Shown here one piece after another: positions 12,896 to 25,304 of a stretch of 64,000 nucleotides of DNA. Under the pieces are notes generated by a model. The model had not been told where the DNA came from, searched no databases, and saw only the letters and a program-made list of their open reading frames with translations. The position numbers and the translations under genes were made by a program. The DNA comes from Mobula hypostoma (taxonomy: Eukaryota): contig NC_086097.1 in NCBI RefSeq assembly GCF_963921235.1, forward strand, positions 225,868,001 to 225,932,000, in the 5' to 3' direction. Every line of letters begins with the position of its first letter. Within the stretch, counting starts at the first letter, position 1.

Positions 12896-13632
12896 TAATC
12901 ATTAATTTGAGGACAGAGTTTTGTTACTCATCAAAGCCTTCCTTACTAAAGTCACATAACTCTCTGTTCATTTTAAAGCCTTTTTTTGTGATTCCAAGCT
13001 TTGCATTTTTCCTCAGACCCTCTTGATCAGTGACCTCTTGTATCCAGAGTAGCTAAGTTTGATGGGTGGTGGGTGTAGGCAATAGATGCCACTCAAATGC
13101 ATCCAGACCAATAACTTTGTTTCTCCTCGATATCTAGTTGGAGGAGATTCTGGTTAGATTTTAGACTGACAACCTAGAGGCATTAGAGGTTTAAATGATT
13201 GTTATCACTGAGGCAATTCTGGATGTCTGAAGAACTGATTCTCGTACAAAACTGTCCAATTAGCTGCACTGTTGGAAATTTCAGGTCGCCCTGTTTTCAT
13301 GGATGCAGCAGTATCAGCAACAGGTGTAAACAGCCTGGGCATCAGACATTCAGCAGTGTGTCCTCCCTGCTCTGTATCTAATTATAGGGTAGCATAGCCT
13401 AAGGGTGTGCTATAATAAGACATAGATCGGAACTGGAAATCATCATTCAGCAAATGGTCTCACAGTTTTATCCCTTATACTTTCAAAGACAGCCCGAGAT
13501 ACATGATAAAATGGGGTCAAGTATGAGTTACTGAGCTGCATTATTTTATAGATGGAGGTCACGTGGAGTGACAGACGTACCACCTACTTGACTCCATCTC
13601 AATTTTCTTTGGGCAGATAATAAGCAAGAAAG

Positions 13633-13635
<3 letters not shown>

Positions 13636-13673
<38 letters not shown>

Positions 13674-13701
13674 TCACTCTCTCACTCACTCTCACTCTCA
13701 C
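13636..13701. repeat. (CT)n / (CTCTCA)n microsatellite
   Basis: Directly visible dinucleotide run degenerating into CTCA units. Confidence 0.95.
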
Positions 13702-13919
13702 TAAATTATTTGTGTTTGCTGAAAGGAAGCTCCAAGGTTTGGACTCCTAAAATCTTCACTTAAAAAATGCATGGACTCACTGCACAAAGCAGCTTCCACT
13801 AGACATGGGTTTATTTGGTGGAACATGTTTTTTTTTTTTGCTGATGATGGTAGCCTTCAGTTCCTCTTGGTTATAGATTTTTGAGCAGCTAGATTTGTTC
13901 CAGATGTGTTCCACTAATG

Positions 13920-13978
13920 CAGGGGTTCCCAGGGACCATTAAGCAAGGGGTCTGTGGACCTCAGTTTGAGAACCTCTG
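13920..13978. mobile_element. Internally deleted hAT/Charlie-like MITE
   Basis: Termini CAGGGGTTCCC..GAGAACCTCTG; shares GGGGTCTGTGGACC with 30693-30770. Confidence 0.5.
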
Positions 13979-14224
13979 TTCTAGTGATTACAGTCCCACA
14001 CATCCTTGGTGCTATGACTTCATTTTCCTCTATCAGAATATTCCTGCCCATTGCATTATATCTAATCATTATATCCACTGAATTTTTTTAAAAAAATGCT
14101 GATTCTATATGCATGAAATAAAACTGAATGCTGGAAAAATAAAATCAGTGTGTCAAACTTCATCTGTGGAGTGAGATCACACGTTAATCAGAGCTAGCCA
14201 CTTCCAACCATAAACTAGTAAAGT

Positions 14225-14840
14225 TGATTACCTGAAATTATTAAATTCAGTGGTAAATTTTGGAGGCTGTAAATGCCTTGACAATAGTTGTGGCATTATA
14301 CTTCAAGAATATATTGGTTTTGTTGTAATGGTAAGGAGTATTGAGAATTAAAGTGATAATAGTAATTGAAAGCCCAGGGTCCCATTTGTTGACTTAGTGG
14401 AGATCTTCTGCAAAACCTAATCTGGATTTCTATTTTTCAAAGTTGAGATGACTATATTGTGCATGCTGATTTCAGTACACAAGATTAGAAGATGTGCAAA
14501 TGAATCATTTCTTCACTTGGAAAGAGTGTTTGGATCTCTGCTGGGAGTTTCCTCTAGTTGTCCTCATTCATTTAATGACTAGAGATCTCCAAGTGCATTA
14601 TGTTACTTATTAATAAGAGGCAGGTGTTGCATCTCCTATGGTTGCAAAGGAAAGTGCATAAGAAGGGATGTGGTTAATGTGGTGAAGGTGGAAGAGCAAC
14701 CTTGAATGCTGTGGAGGAAAAATCCCTTTCCAATGCCAAAAAGCAGACACTAGGGGAAGGTTTTTTTTTTGGTGCTGTGCAGTATGATTATAGGGTTGGA
14801 AGCTGAGGATATGTGGACTGCATCCCTGCTGTAGGAGTTG
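14225..14840 (-). mobile_element. Old Penelope-like element fragment (GIY-YIG region)
   Basis: Degenerate match to 41950-42200 (TGTGCAAATGAAT..TTCACTTGGAAAGAGTGTTTGG) and an ORF end at TTACCTGAAATT..AATTC. Confidence 0.5.
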
Positions 14841-15409
14841 CAAGGAGAATGGATGAGAGATACAGGAAATGGAATAGTACAATTAAAAATATTGACAACA
14901 ATAGTGAAGAATACGAAGCTGGGATAACTGAGTGGTATCCCTAGTAAAAAGACAGGAAGGTGAGTGCTTAAGAGAGCAATGGGAGTCTGGAAATTGCAGT
15001 ATTTGTGGGCTACTGACTCTTCTCATGAGAGGGCTATACACCAAATTGTAAGGAAGACATTGGCTTCCGTAAAAGATATCAGGATGAGCCATAAAGATAA
15101 TTTGACAAATTCATGTTTGCATCAATATGCTTTTAACCCAAATTATTCAAATAAAGATAGATTCTCCAGCAGTCACAGAGTATTCATGCCTTGTAAGTTA
15201 TTGCTCAAGATCCTAAATTAATAGTCTAGTAACATTACCGCAAATAAAAACAGGTACCCAAGAAAACTATAGCATGAGCGTGTCACCCAGCTCCCTATTC
15301 AGTTTGATCATTGAGTTTCTACCCCAAATCTTAAATCTGGTATCAGATCTCTCTGTAGCCCACAAACTCCTGATTTTTCAAGAACTATATCAACCTCCCC
15401 TTTTGAATA

Positions 15410-15740
15410 CCTCATCAACAACAACAACGAGACAGCATGTAGAGTGGAAGTAGAGATGGTAGATTGGTGCAATTGCAACAACATGAGATTCAATGTGGAC
15501 TAGACCAAAGAGATGATTGCGGACCTTAGGAGTGTACAGGCTGACCACTCCTCTCAGCTCATAAACAGAGTTAGGAGCACCAAATTTCTGGGAGTGCACG
15601 TAACGGTCAATCTCACCTGGTCCCTCTTTAGTCAAAAAAGCACAACAGTGTCCCCACCTCCTGAGGAGATTGGGGTGAATGAAACGTCACCATCCCCACC
15701 CCACCCATCTCCATTCTAATAAATTTTCACCGGAACACTA
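15410..15740 (+). mobile_element. Rex1/Babar RT fragment
   Basis: Reads YRVEVE..DWCN.., TKEMIADLR and STKFLGVHVTVNLTWS. Confidence 0.6.
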
Positions 15741-15741
15741 C

Positions 15742-16478
15742 AGAAACATTGAAAACCTATAGCCCAATACAGGCTTTTCGGCCCAAAATGCCGTGCTGAA
15801 CATGTACTTACTTTAGAAATTATCCAGTGTTTCCCATAGCACTCTATTTTCTAAGCTCCATGTACCTGTCCAGGAGCCTCTTAAAAGACCCTATCGTATC
15901 CGCCTCCACCACCGTCGCCGGCAGACCATTCCAGGCTCTCACCACTCTGTGTTTTTAAAAAAAAACTTACCCCGACATCTCCCCTGTACCTGCTTCCAAG
16001 CACCTTAAAACAGTGTCCTCTCACGTTAGCCATTTCAGCCCTGGGAAAGAGCCTCTGACTATCCACACACTCAATGCCTCTCATCATCTTATACAGCTCT
16101 ATCAGGTCACCTCTCATCCTGCATTGTTGTAAGGAGAAAAGGCCAAGTTCACTCAATCTATTCTCATAAGGCATGCTTGCCAATGCAGGCAACATCCTTG
16201 TAAATCTCCTCTGCACCCGTTCTATAGTTCCCACATCCTTTCTGTAGTGAGGTGACCAGAATGGAGCACAGCACTCCAAGTGGGGTTCGACCAGGGTCCC
16301 ATATAACGGTAACATTACCTCTCAGCTCTTGAACTCAGTCCCACGGTTGATGGAGGTCAATAGAAAGTATGTCTTCTTAACCACACAGTTAACCTGCACA
16401 GCAGCTTTAAGTGTCCTATGGACTCGGACCTCAAGATCCCTCTCATCCTCCACAATGCCAAGAGTCTTACCATTAACA
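15742..16478 (-). mobile_element. CR1 3' fragment
   Basis: ORFs 15881-16315 and 16322-16519 encode the CR1 C-terminus (LVEPHLECC..FWSPHYRKD, MRGDLIE), followed by the 3' UTR. Confidence 0.88.
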
Positions 16479-16554
16479 GGCATCGCCCAAGGAGGGAGTA
16501 AAACCGAAATAAGGTGCATGAGTTTACATCAGATATCAACAGTTTTAACATAGA

Positions 16555-16740
16555 CAGTAGTTATCTGAAATTGTTGAATTCACTATTGGCATTTGAGGGT
16601 TGTAAATGCCCAGGTGGAAGATGAGGTGCTGTGCCTCATGTTTGTACTTGGTTCTGTAGGAGAACAAAAACAGAGATATCAGAGTGTGAGTGTGAAGATA
16701 ATGGGCAAATAGAAATTCCATGTATCACTTCCTGACTAAA
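16555..16740 (-). mobile_element. Penelope-like element 3' coding fragment
   Basis: The minus strand gives a QHLIFHLG..LQP..EFNNFR* type ending, as seen in Penelope GIY-YIG C-termini. Confidence 0.55.
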
Positions 16741-17904
16741 TGTATATCTTCTGGACATTGTTCACCCAATCCACCAAAGGTTTATTGCCTTCTGGGTGAA
16801 GAAATTTCTTTATAGCTGTCCCGCATATATCTGTCCCAAACTTTAGTTTGTGAATTTGACCTTTGGGTCCAAATATTACAATCAGCAAAAATATCAACTG
16901 TGTATCTGTCTCAAATCCTATAAACATTTTGCCCTTCTGCATGTTAATTAGGACTTTATCTTCTCAAAATCTCAGTAAAGCTCTTTCCTCACTCTACCTC
17001 TGTCATTTGTTCTCTTAAGGTTCGAAACAACTGCATCTAGCTTCCTTCCATCTCCTAACACAAAGCGTCCACAGCACTAGCACTAGGATTCCCAGGAAAC
17101 CTTTGACTAGTGAGAACACAATCTTTAACTCTTTATGTGTTGTCCTGCATTGTTGTCACATCCCTTTTAATCCACTCCTCTTGTATCACACTTCTCTGGT
17201 AGAACAAAAAGCCAACCTTATAGCCTTTGTTCTCGAGCATAAATGGAGTTACCGTAACATAATTTAAACTGAAGCTGCTGGAAATGCTCATCAGGTTAGC
17301 TGAGAAAAAAATTGAATACATGTATCAGGTTGCTAATCTTCTGTCAGAATAGATGCTTTTTGATTGTCTCAAACGTATTGGATATGATCAAAGGCAAAGC
17401 AGCCGCTTCTCTTTATCAAAGACACCATCATTGTCTGACACGATCATGTCACCCTGCACCTGATGACTGACCAAATATTAACTTCCACCTATTTTAAGGA
17501 TGAGATTGACTTCCAGCTAAAGTTATCCAGGTAAGTCCGATCCTCCATAATGCATCTCCATGTGTATATCCCGACTCCAGCTCAGCAACTCAGAACTGAA
17601 CTTCCTCAATCTAATACTGTAAAGTAATGTAAGTACTGAAGAACTTAAATTGGCTCAACCAATTCTTATGGTACAAATATAACAGATTACCTACACTGCT
17701 AGCTATAGTAAATGTAGGTTTATATAGTGTATAATTAAACTGATAAACCTTTAATTTACTCTATTCAATTTGTTTCAGCTTTTCAGTATAAGTATTACTT
17801 CACAATTATTTATTTACACCTCACCTTTGCATAAAATACAGTAAAATTAAACAACAACCTTCACCAATAATCACCTACCTGCTATCCAGTGATTTTAGTC
17901 CACA

Positions 17905-18056
17905 ACAAACAAAAGAAAATCTACAGATGCTGGAAATCCAAACAACACACACAAAATGCTGGAGGAACTCAGCAGGCCTGGCAGCATCTATGGGAAAGAG
18001 TACAGTCGTAGGACTGTTGAAGAGTTTCAGTCCTGCAGCATTTTGTGTGTGTGTTA
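17905..18056. repeat. Fold-back arrangement of Penelope terminal repeats
   Basis: 17-bp perfect inverted arms at 17945-17961 and 18036-18052, with inner arms at 18010-18016 and 18028-18034. Confidence 0.75.
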
Positions 18057-18695
18057 TTTTACTCCACAAGTATATTTTGCAATCTCGGGACCTCTGACTA
18101 CTTTCATCTTGCTTAGCTCTTGTCTCTCAGTTTCTCTGTCACTACGTTAATCTCTACTGAGCTCTCTCCTCATTCTGCTCAGATCACTCCTGGCTGACTT
18201 TTTTTTTATTTCCTCTTTGTGCACCTACTCTTATTATCTCTCAGTCATGAAGGTCTGCGCCCCAGTTGACACAGTTCTTGCTGCCTCCCTCTTTCTCTCA
18301 CAATACCATCGGGATTTGGTGTTGTCAATCCCAACTGTCGTTCTCCTTTCGATGCATTCTCGACAGGAACTACCTGCAAACAAAATGAAGAAAGTCATTC
18401 CAACCAGTATTTATAAGGCATTTGTTGGCTATTCAAGATTAGATAATGAATTACTTAATGTTGACAGTCAGACAGAAGATGAAACCACAGGATTTCATTG
18501 GCAGTATTGAAATAAACTGAACTGACATCTTTCAAAATAATCAGAGTGGCTTTAATACAGTCATTTGGTCCATCTCACCTGTGCTGGCATTTTGAAAGGG
18601 CTCTCCAAATTGCCCTGTATCTCAGTTCTTTCCCCCTGGACAACAGTGCTTCTCATTCAGCTGTACAGTATATCCTAATCATTTTGGTGTGGTGG

Positions 18696-19058
18696 GGTGG
18701 AGATAGTTCTCTACTATAGGAGGTGTAAGGTGCTCCTTCCCTCTGCTAGCCCGAAGGTCACTCTCGGGCAAGGTGTAGCACCTGCCTAGCCCCCCAATCA
18801 AGGTCATGTGAAGCCTCAGAAGCAGGTGGTGGATGGTCGTACGAGCAGCTGGTGCATGTCACAAGTCCAGGTTATGCGACCACTGACACCAGTCTCTGAA
18901 ACGTATTGATAATGGCTGGAGTCACCTGTCTTGTAAAGACTCTGCCCAGAAGAAGGCAATGGCAAACCACTTCTGCAGAAGAATTTGCCAAGAGCAAACA
19001 TGGTCATGGATAGACCGTGCTTGCCTATGTCTTATCACATGGCACATAACAAATGAGC
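18696..19058 (+). mobile_element. Short non-autonomous retroelement with an RTE-like 3' tail
   Basis: Tail GAAGGCAATGGCAAACCACTTCTG..TTTGCCAAGA..CATGG; second copy at 1680-2058; no tRNA A/B boxes seen. Confidence 0.65.
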
Positions 19059-19454
19059 CTATTCCTTTTTATTGAAGTTACTTCTTTCACTATTTAGGCA
19101 GATATCCTGAATTAAAGTATTTGCTGCTTTTATGTTCCATTCTTCTTGTCACCTCTGGTTCTTTATCCAGTTACCTTCATTGTTATTCTCTGGTTGCCAG
19201 TAACTCTGTCTCTGTTAAGAGTGTTGGTTGAAACAGGTGTTTATAAAGGCTTAGCATAACTTCTTTGCTTTGCTTCTGTGCTTTATGCCAAGAATCCAAT
19301 AAACATATTTGACAGCCTTTTCAACCTGTGATACAGCTTTCAAAGACTGGTCTGGGTGAACTCCCAGGTAGCTTTTTTTTTTAGATTACTTTCCTCCATA
19401 CTCCCTACCACACTGATTCACTGCATAATTCTAAAGGGATTAAATTCCAACCAT

Positions 19455-19699
19455 TAACCCAGGTTCATTTCCTGCGGCAGTCTGTAAAGAGTTTGTACCT
19501 TCTTCCCATGACCGTGTGTGTTTCCTCCTTGTGTTCTGGTTTCCTCCCACAGTCCGAAGACGTACCGGTTGGTAGGTTAATTGGTCATTGTAACTTGTCC
19601 CATGATTAGGCTAGGATTAAATTGAGGGATTTCTGGGCAGCACAACTCAAAGGGCAGGAAGAGCCTATACTGCGCTGTATCTCAGTAAATTAAAAATAA
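19455..19699 (+). mobile_element. V-SINE-like SINE
   Basis: GGTTCATTTCC (B-box-like) is followed by the V-domain-like GAGTTTGTAC..TTTCCTCC..GGTTTCCTCCCACAGTCCGAAGACGT and an A-rich end. Confidence 0.7.
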
Positions 19700-19779
19700 G
19701 TTGTGTCTACTACATTTCCTATTCTACCCAGGACCTCTTCTGAACCGTCACTAGCTTCCTTTGTATGTTTAGTTTTGAG

Positions 19780-20520
19780 CTTTAAATCATCCGCAAACTT
19801 TAATGTTATCCCTTGCATAACAGACTTTGCCATTAATATATTTCTGAAAGATCAATGGTTCCAACCATAATTCCTGGGACACATCAAAGCAAACTCTACT
19901 GTAGTAGATCATTCACCAGCAATCCCTGCTGACTTTGAATCAGCAAGGTAATATCCATTCAGCCAGAGCATCCCATACTTTAATTATTCTGATAGACCTG
20001 TTGCAATAATTTCATAAATAATATTTGAAAATCCATCTACAGAATGGCAAATCTTTGCTCTGATTTTCCTTCCACTGAGCAGAGGAAAGAATAAATAAAA
20101 CTGCCCATATACTCTCCTACTGGTGGTAAAGTAGTGTAGGTGAAAGCTATCTTTTCCACAAAGTAGTTTCTTCATTTCCTCAGTGAAACGGCAGTCCAAA
20201 AAAGACTATCTGCAAGTAACATGGTTGAAAGGACCAGCAAATTTATTCTGATTATTGCTGACTTTGCAATTGTTATGATGGTTGGGATGATGATCATCAG
20301 CCCTCTTCGAACACAATCAAGTTAGTCAGATGTAATTTGCCTTTAATGAATCCATGCTGAGTTTCACTTATTTTCTAAGTGCCAATTAATGTCCAAGATT
20401 ATTGCTTCTAAAAGTTTCCCCATCATCAGTGATAGGCTGACTGGCCTTTGATTGTCACGTTTATTGAACAGAAGTGCAGTATTTGCAGTTCTGTAATCCC
20501 CTGGCACCTTTCCAAATATA
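19780..20520 (-). mobile_element. Very old CR1 RT remnant
   Basis: Scattered motifs: ATCATCCGCAAACTT (KFADD) and AATCCATGCTG (QHGF). Confidence 0.4.
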
Positions 20521-20779
20521 TACAGAATACAAGGTTGTTGCCAGCCACTTGAGGTTTCAGTTTTATCTAACTTTGAAAGTAAAATATAGTTAATCCGACT
20601 AGGAAAACTTTCCTACCTTGAGTATACACTTATTTTGTTTCTCTTACCTAACTTTTCTTCTTTAACAGTGAATACGGTTACAGTGGATGAGTTAACTTCT
20701 GCATTTTCACTTGCTTTATATACATTTGGATTATAGCAGTGGAAAGCTAGCTTGTTTCACATAATATGTGCAGCTCAGG

Positions 20780-21083
20780 ACATTAATCGCACCATGACCA
20801 ACTTTTGATTCCTAAACTTCCCCGAAGTCTGACCAACATGTATCTCCACAACCTCTTCAGTATCTGTTCTGACACTCTCGTTCCCATCCCTGTGCAACTC
20901 TAGTTTAAACCCCTCCCACCCCACCGCACCCCCATGCAACATGAGCAAACCTTCCCACCAGTCACCCTCCAGTTCAGGTACTAACCGACTCTCTTCGGTA
21001 CAGGTCCCACATTTTCTGGAAGACAGCCCAATGATCCGAGAATCTGACACCCTCCCTCCTACGCCAACTCCTTGGTCACGTGT
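20780..21083 (-). mobile_element. Old CR1 ORF1-end fragment
   Basis: TCTAGTTTAAACCCCTCCC..CAGGTCCCAC..CCAATGATCCGAGAATCTGA parallels 24070-24240. Confidence 0.55.
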
Positions 21084-21180
21084 TAGAAACATAGAAACAT
21101 AGAAAATCTACAGCACAATACAGGCCCTTCGGCCCACAATGCTGTGCCAAACATATACTTACCTTAGAAATTACCGAGGG

Positions 21181-24059
21181 TTACCCATAGCCCTCTATTT
21201 TTGTAAGCTCCATGTACCTATCCAGGAGTCTTGTAAAAGACCCTATTGTATCTGACTCCACCACCATCACCGACAGCCTATTCCACGCACTCACCATTAC
21301 CTGTGTGAAAAACTTGCCCCTGGCATCTCCTCTGTACCTACTTCCAAGCACCTTAAAACTGTGCCTTCTCCAGTTAGCCATTTCAGCCCTGGGGAAAAAT
21401 CTCTGACTATCCACACAATCAATGCCTCTCGTCATCTTATACACATCTATCAGGTCACCTCTCATCCTCTATCGCTCCAAGGAGAAAGGCCAATTTCACT
21501 CAATCTATTCTCATAAGGCATGCTCCCCAATCCAGGCAACATTCTTGTAAATCTCCTCTGCACCTTTTCTATAGTTTCCACATACTTTCTGTAGTGAGGT
21601 GATCAGAACTGAGCACAGTACTCCAAGTGGGGTCTGACCAATGTCCGATATAACGGTAATGTTACCTCTCAGCTCTTGAGCTCAATCCCACAGTTGATGA
21701 AGGCCAATACACTGCATGCCTTCTTAACCAGTCAACCTGCACAGCATCTTTGAGTGTCCTATGGATTTGGACCCCAAGATCCCTCTGATCCTCCACAATG
21801 CCAAGAGTCTTACCATTAATACTATATTCTGCCATCATATTTGACCTACCGAAATGAACCACTTCACACTTATTTGGGTTGAACTCCATCTGCCACTTGT
21901 CAGCCCAGTTTTTCATCCTATCGATGTCCCACTGTAATCTCTGACAGCCCTCCACACTATCCACAACACCCCCAAGCTTTGTGTCATCAGCAAATTTACT
22001 GACCCATCCCTCCATTTCCTCATCCAGGTCATTTATAAAAATGATGAAGAGAAGAGGTCCCAGAACAGATTCCTGAGGCACACCACTGGTGACCGACCTC
22101 CATGCAGAATATGACCCATCGACAACCACTCTTTGGCTTCTGTGAGCTAGCCAGTTCTGGATCCACAAAACAAGGTTCCCTTGGATTCCATGCCTCCTTA
22201 CTTTCTCAATAAGCCTTGCATGGTGTGCCTTATCAAATGCCTTTCTGAAATCCATATAGACTACATCTACTGCTCTACCTTCATCAATGGGTTTAGTCAC
22301 ATCTTCAAAAAATTCAATTAGGTTCGTAAGGCATGACCTGCCTTTGACAAAGCCATGCTGACTATTCCTAATCATGTTATGCCTCTCCAACTGTTCATAA
22401 ATCCTGCTTCTCAAGATATTTTCCATGAACTTCATTGATCTATAATTTCCTGGTCTATCTCTACTCCCTTTCTTGAATAAGGGAATAATATCTGCAACCC
22501 TCCAATCCTCTGGAACCTCTCCCGTTCCCATTGATGATGCGAAGATCATTGCCAGAGGCTCAGCAATCTCCTCCCTTGCCTCCCACAGTAGCCTGGGGTA
22601 CATCATGTCCGGTCCTAGAGACTCATCCAAGTTGATGCTTTCCAAAAGTTCCAGCACATACGCTTTCTTAATGTCTATATGCTCAAGCTTTTCAATCCAC
22701 TGTTAGTCATCCCTACAATCACCAAAATCCTTTTCCATGGTGAATACTGAAGCAAAGTACTCATTAAGTACCTCTGCTATCTCCTCCGGTTCCGTACACA
22801 CTTTTCCATTGTCACACTTGATAGGTCCTATTCTCTCATGCCTTATCCTCTTGCTCTTCACATACTTATAAAATGCTGTGGGGTTTTCTTTAATCCTGCT
22901 TGCCAAGATCTTCTCATGGCCCCTTCTGGCTTTCCTAATTTCTTTCTTAAGCTCCTTTCTGCTAGCCTTATGATCTTCCAGATCTCTATCATTACCTAGG
23001 TTTTTGAACCTTTTGTAAGCACTTCTTTTCTTCTTGACTAGATTTTCAACAGCCTTTGTACACCATGGTTCCTGTACCCTACCATCCTTTCCCTGTCTCA
23101 TTGGAACGTACCTATGCAGAACACCACTCAAATATCCCCTAAACATTTTCCACATTTCTGCCATACATTTCCCTGAGAACATATGTTCCCAATTTATGCT
23201 TCGAAGTTCCTGCCTGATAGCTTCATATTTCCCTACTCCAATTAAACGCTTTCCAAACCTGTCTGTTCCTATTCCTCTCCAATGCTATGGTATAGGAGAT
23301 AAAATTGTGATCACTATCTCAAAAATGTTCTCCCTCTGAGAGACCTGACACCTGACCAGGTTCATTTTCCAATACCAGATCAAGTACAGCCTCTCCTCTT
23401 GTAGGCTGATCTACATATTGTGTCAGGAAACATTCCTGAACACACATAACAATCTCTACCCCTTCTAAACCCCTTGCTCTAGGGAGATGCCAATCATTAT
23501 TTGGGAAATTAAAATCTCCCACCACGACAACCCTGCTATTATTACACCTTTCCAGAATCTGTCTTCTTATCTGCTCCTCGATGTACCTGTTACTATTGGG
23601 TGGTCTATAAAAAAAAACACCGGTAGAGTTATTGACCCCTTCCTGTTCCTAACTTCCACCCACAGAGACTCAGTATGACAATCCCTCCATGACTTCCTCC
23701 TTTTCTGCAGCTGTGACACTATCTCTGATCAGCAGTTCCATGCCCCCACCTCTTTTTCCTCCCTTCCTGTCCTTTCTGAAACATCTAAAGCCTGGCACTC
23801 TAAGTAACCATTCGTGCCCCTAAGCCATCCAAGTCTCTGTAATGGCCATAACATCATAGCTCCAAGTACTGATCCATGCTCTAAGCTCGTCTGTTTTGTT
23901 CATGATGCTTCTTGCATTAAAATAGACACATCTCAAGCCATCGGTCTGCGCGTATCCTTTCACTATCACCTGCCTATCCTCCCTTTCACCACTGTCTCCA
24001 AGCTTTCTCGATTTGTGAACCAACCGCCCCTTCCTCTGTCTCTTCAGTTCGGTTCCCAC
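21181..24059 (-). pseudogene. CR1 ORF2 (APE endonuclease plus RT), fragmented
   Basis: CVYFNARSIMNK..ITETW, VGDFNFP, PTRGEAVLDLVL, QHGFVKGRSCLTNL, GVPQESVLGP and KFADD are spread over several frames with stops and frameshifts. Confidence 0.9.
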
Positions 24060-24071
24060 CCCCCAGCAATT

Positions 24072-24880
24072 CTAGTTTAAACTCTCCCCAATAGCCTTAG
24101 CAAACCTCCTTGCGAGGATATTGGTCCCCCTTGGATTCAAGTGCAACCCATCTTTTTTGAACAGGTCGCGCCTGCCCCAAAAGAGGTCCCAATGATCCAG
24201 AAATCTGAATCCCTGCCCCCTGCTCCAATCCCTCAGCCACGCATTTATCCTCCACCTCATTCTATTCCTATACTCACTGTCACATGGCACAGGCGGTAAT
24301 TCCGAGATTACTACCTCTGAGGTCCTGCTTCTCAACTTCCTTCCTAACTCCCTGTAGTCTGTTTTCAGGACCTCCTCCCTTTTCCTACCTATGTCATTGG
24401 TACCAATATGTACCACAGCCTCTGGCTGTTCACCTTTCTGCTTCAGGATATCATGGACGTGATCAGAAACATCCCGGATCCTGGCACCTGGGAGGCAAAC
24501 TACCATCCATGTTTCACTCCTGCATCCACAGAATCACCTGTCTGATCCCCTAACCATAGAGTCCTCTATTACTTTTGCCTTCTTCCTTTCCCTACCCTTC
24601 TGAGCCACAGGGCCAGACTCTGTGCCAGAGGTGCAGCCACCGTTGCTTCCCCCAGGTAGGCCGTCCCCACCAACAGTACTCAAACAGGAGTACTTATTGT
24701 CAAGGGGGATAGCGACAGGGGTGCTCTCTAGCATCTGAATCTTGCCCTTCCCTCTCCTGACTGTTACCCACTTATCTGTCTCCCGAGGCCCCGGTGTGAC
24801 TACTTGCCTATAGCTCCTCTCTATCACCTCCTCACTTTCCCTGACCAGACGAAGGTTATCGAGCTGCAGCTCCAGTTCCT
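24072..24880 (-). pseudogene. CR1 ORF1 with SGNH/GDSL esterase-like domain, disrupted
   Basis: VIEDSMVRG (GDS-block variant), CLPGARI, VVHIGTNDIG and DGLHLN; stop between ORFs 24534-24917 and 24072-24506. Confidence 0.85.
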
Positions 24881-25304
24881 TGATAGTTGCATATATACGC
24901 CAATACCAGGGCAACATCCACGCCTTGGTTGAGAAGTAGAAAATAACGTCTGCTTATTAGGCACAATTGTTTGCTTGGTATTTCCAAAAGAAATAGTTTA
25001 ATTTTCCCTGCTCTCATTGACATTCCATGGTATTATGATGAATATATCAAAATATTATGCAGCCCCTTCCACCTAAGAAATGCATATACATGCTATGATC
25101 GCCCAACTATGTCCATTCCTATGGTGGGCCAGCTCAGCTCAGAAGCTTCTGAAGTCCTTGTCCATGCCCAGTAACCTTTGGAGGACAATTCCTGTTCCTA
25201 CTTATCCAAACTTCCCCAAAAGTATGTGTATATGAGATTATTCAAATCTTTGTTACCTGTTTTCTAACTTATTTTCAGCTTCATTTAGATATCTCTATTT
25301 TACA

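Larger units (their letters stand above)
21084..24880 (-). mobile_element. Nearly full-length decayed CR1 LINE (truncated within ORF1)
   Basis: ORF1 (coiled coil plus SGNH esterase), ORF2 (APE plus RT) and the (TTTCTATG)n tail at 21084-21106 are colinear. Confidence 0.93.
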
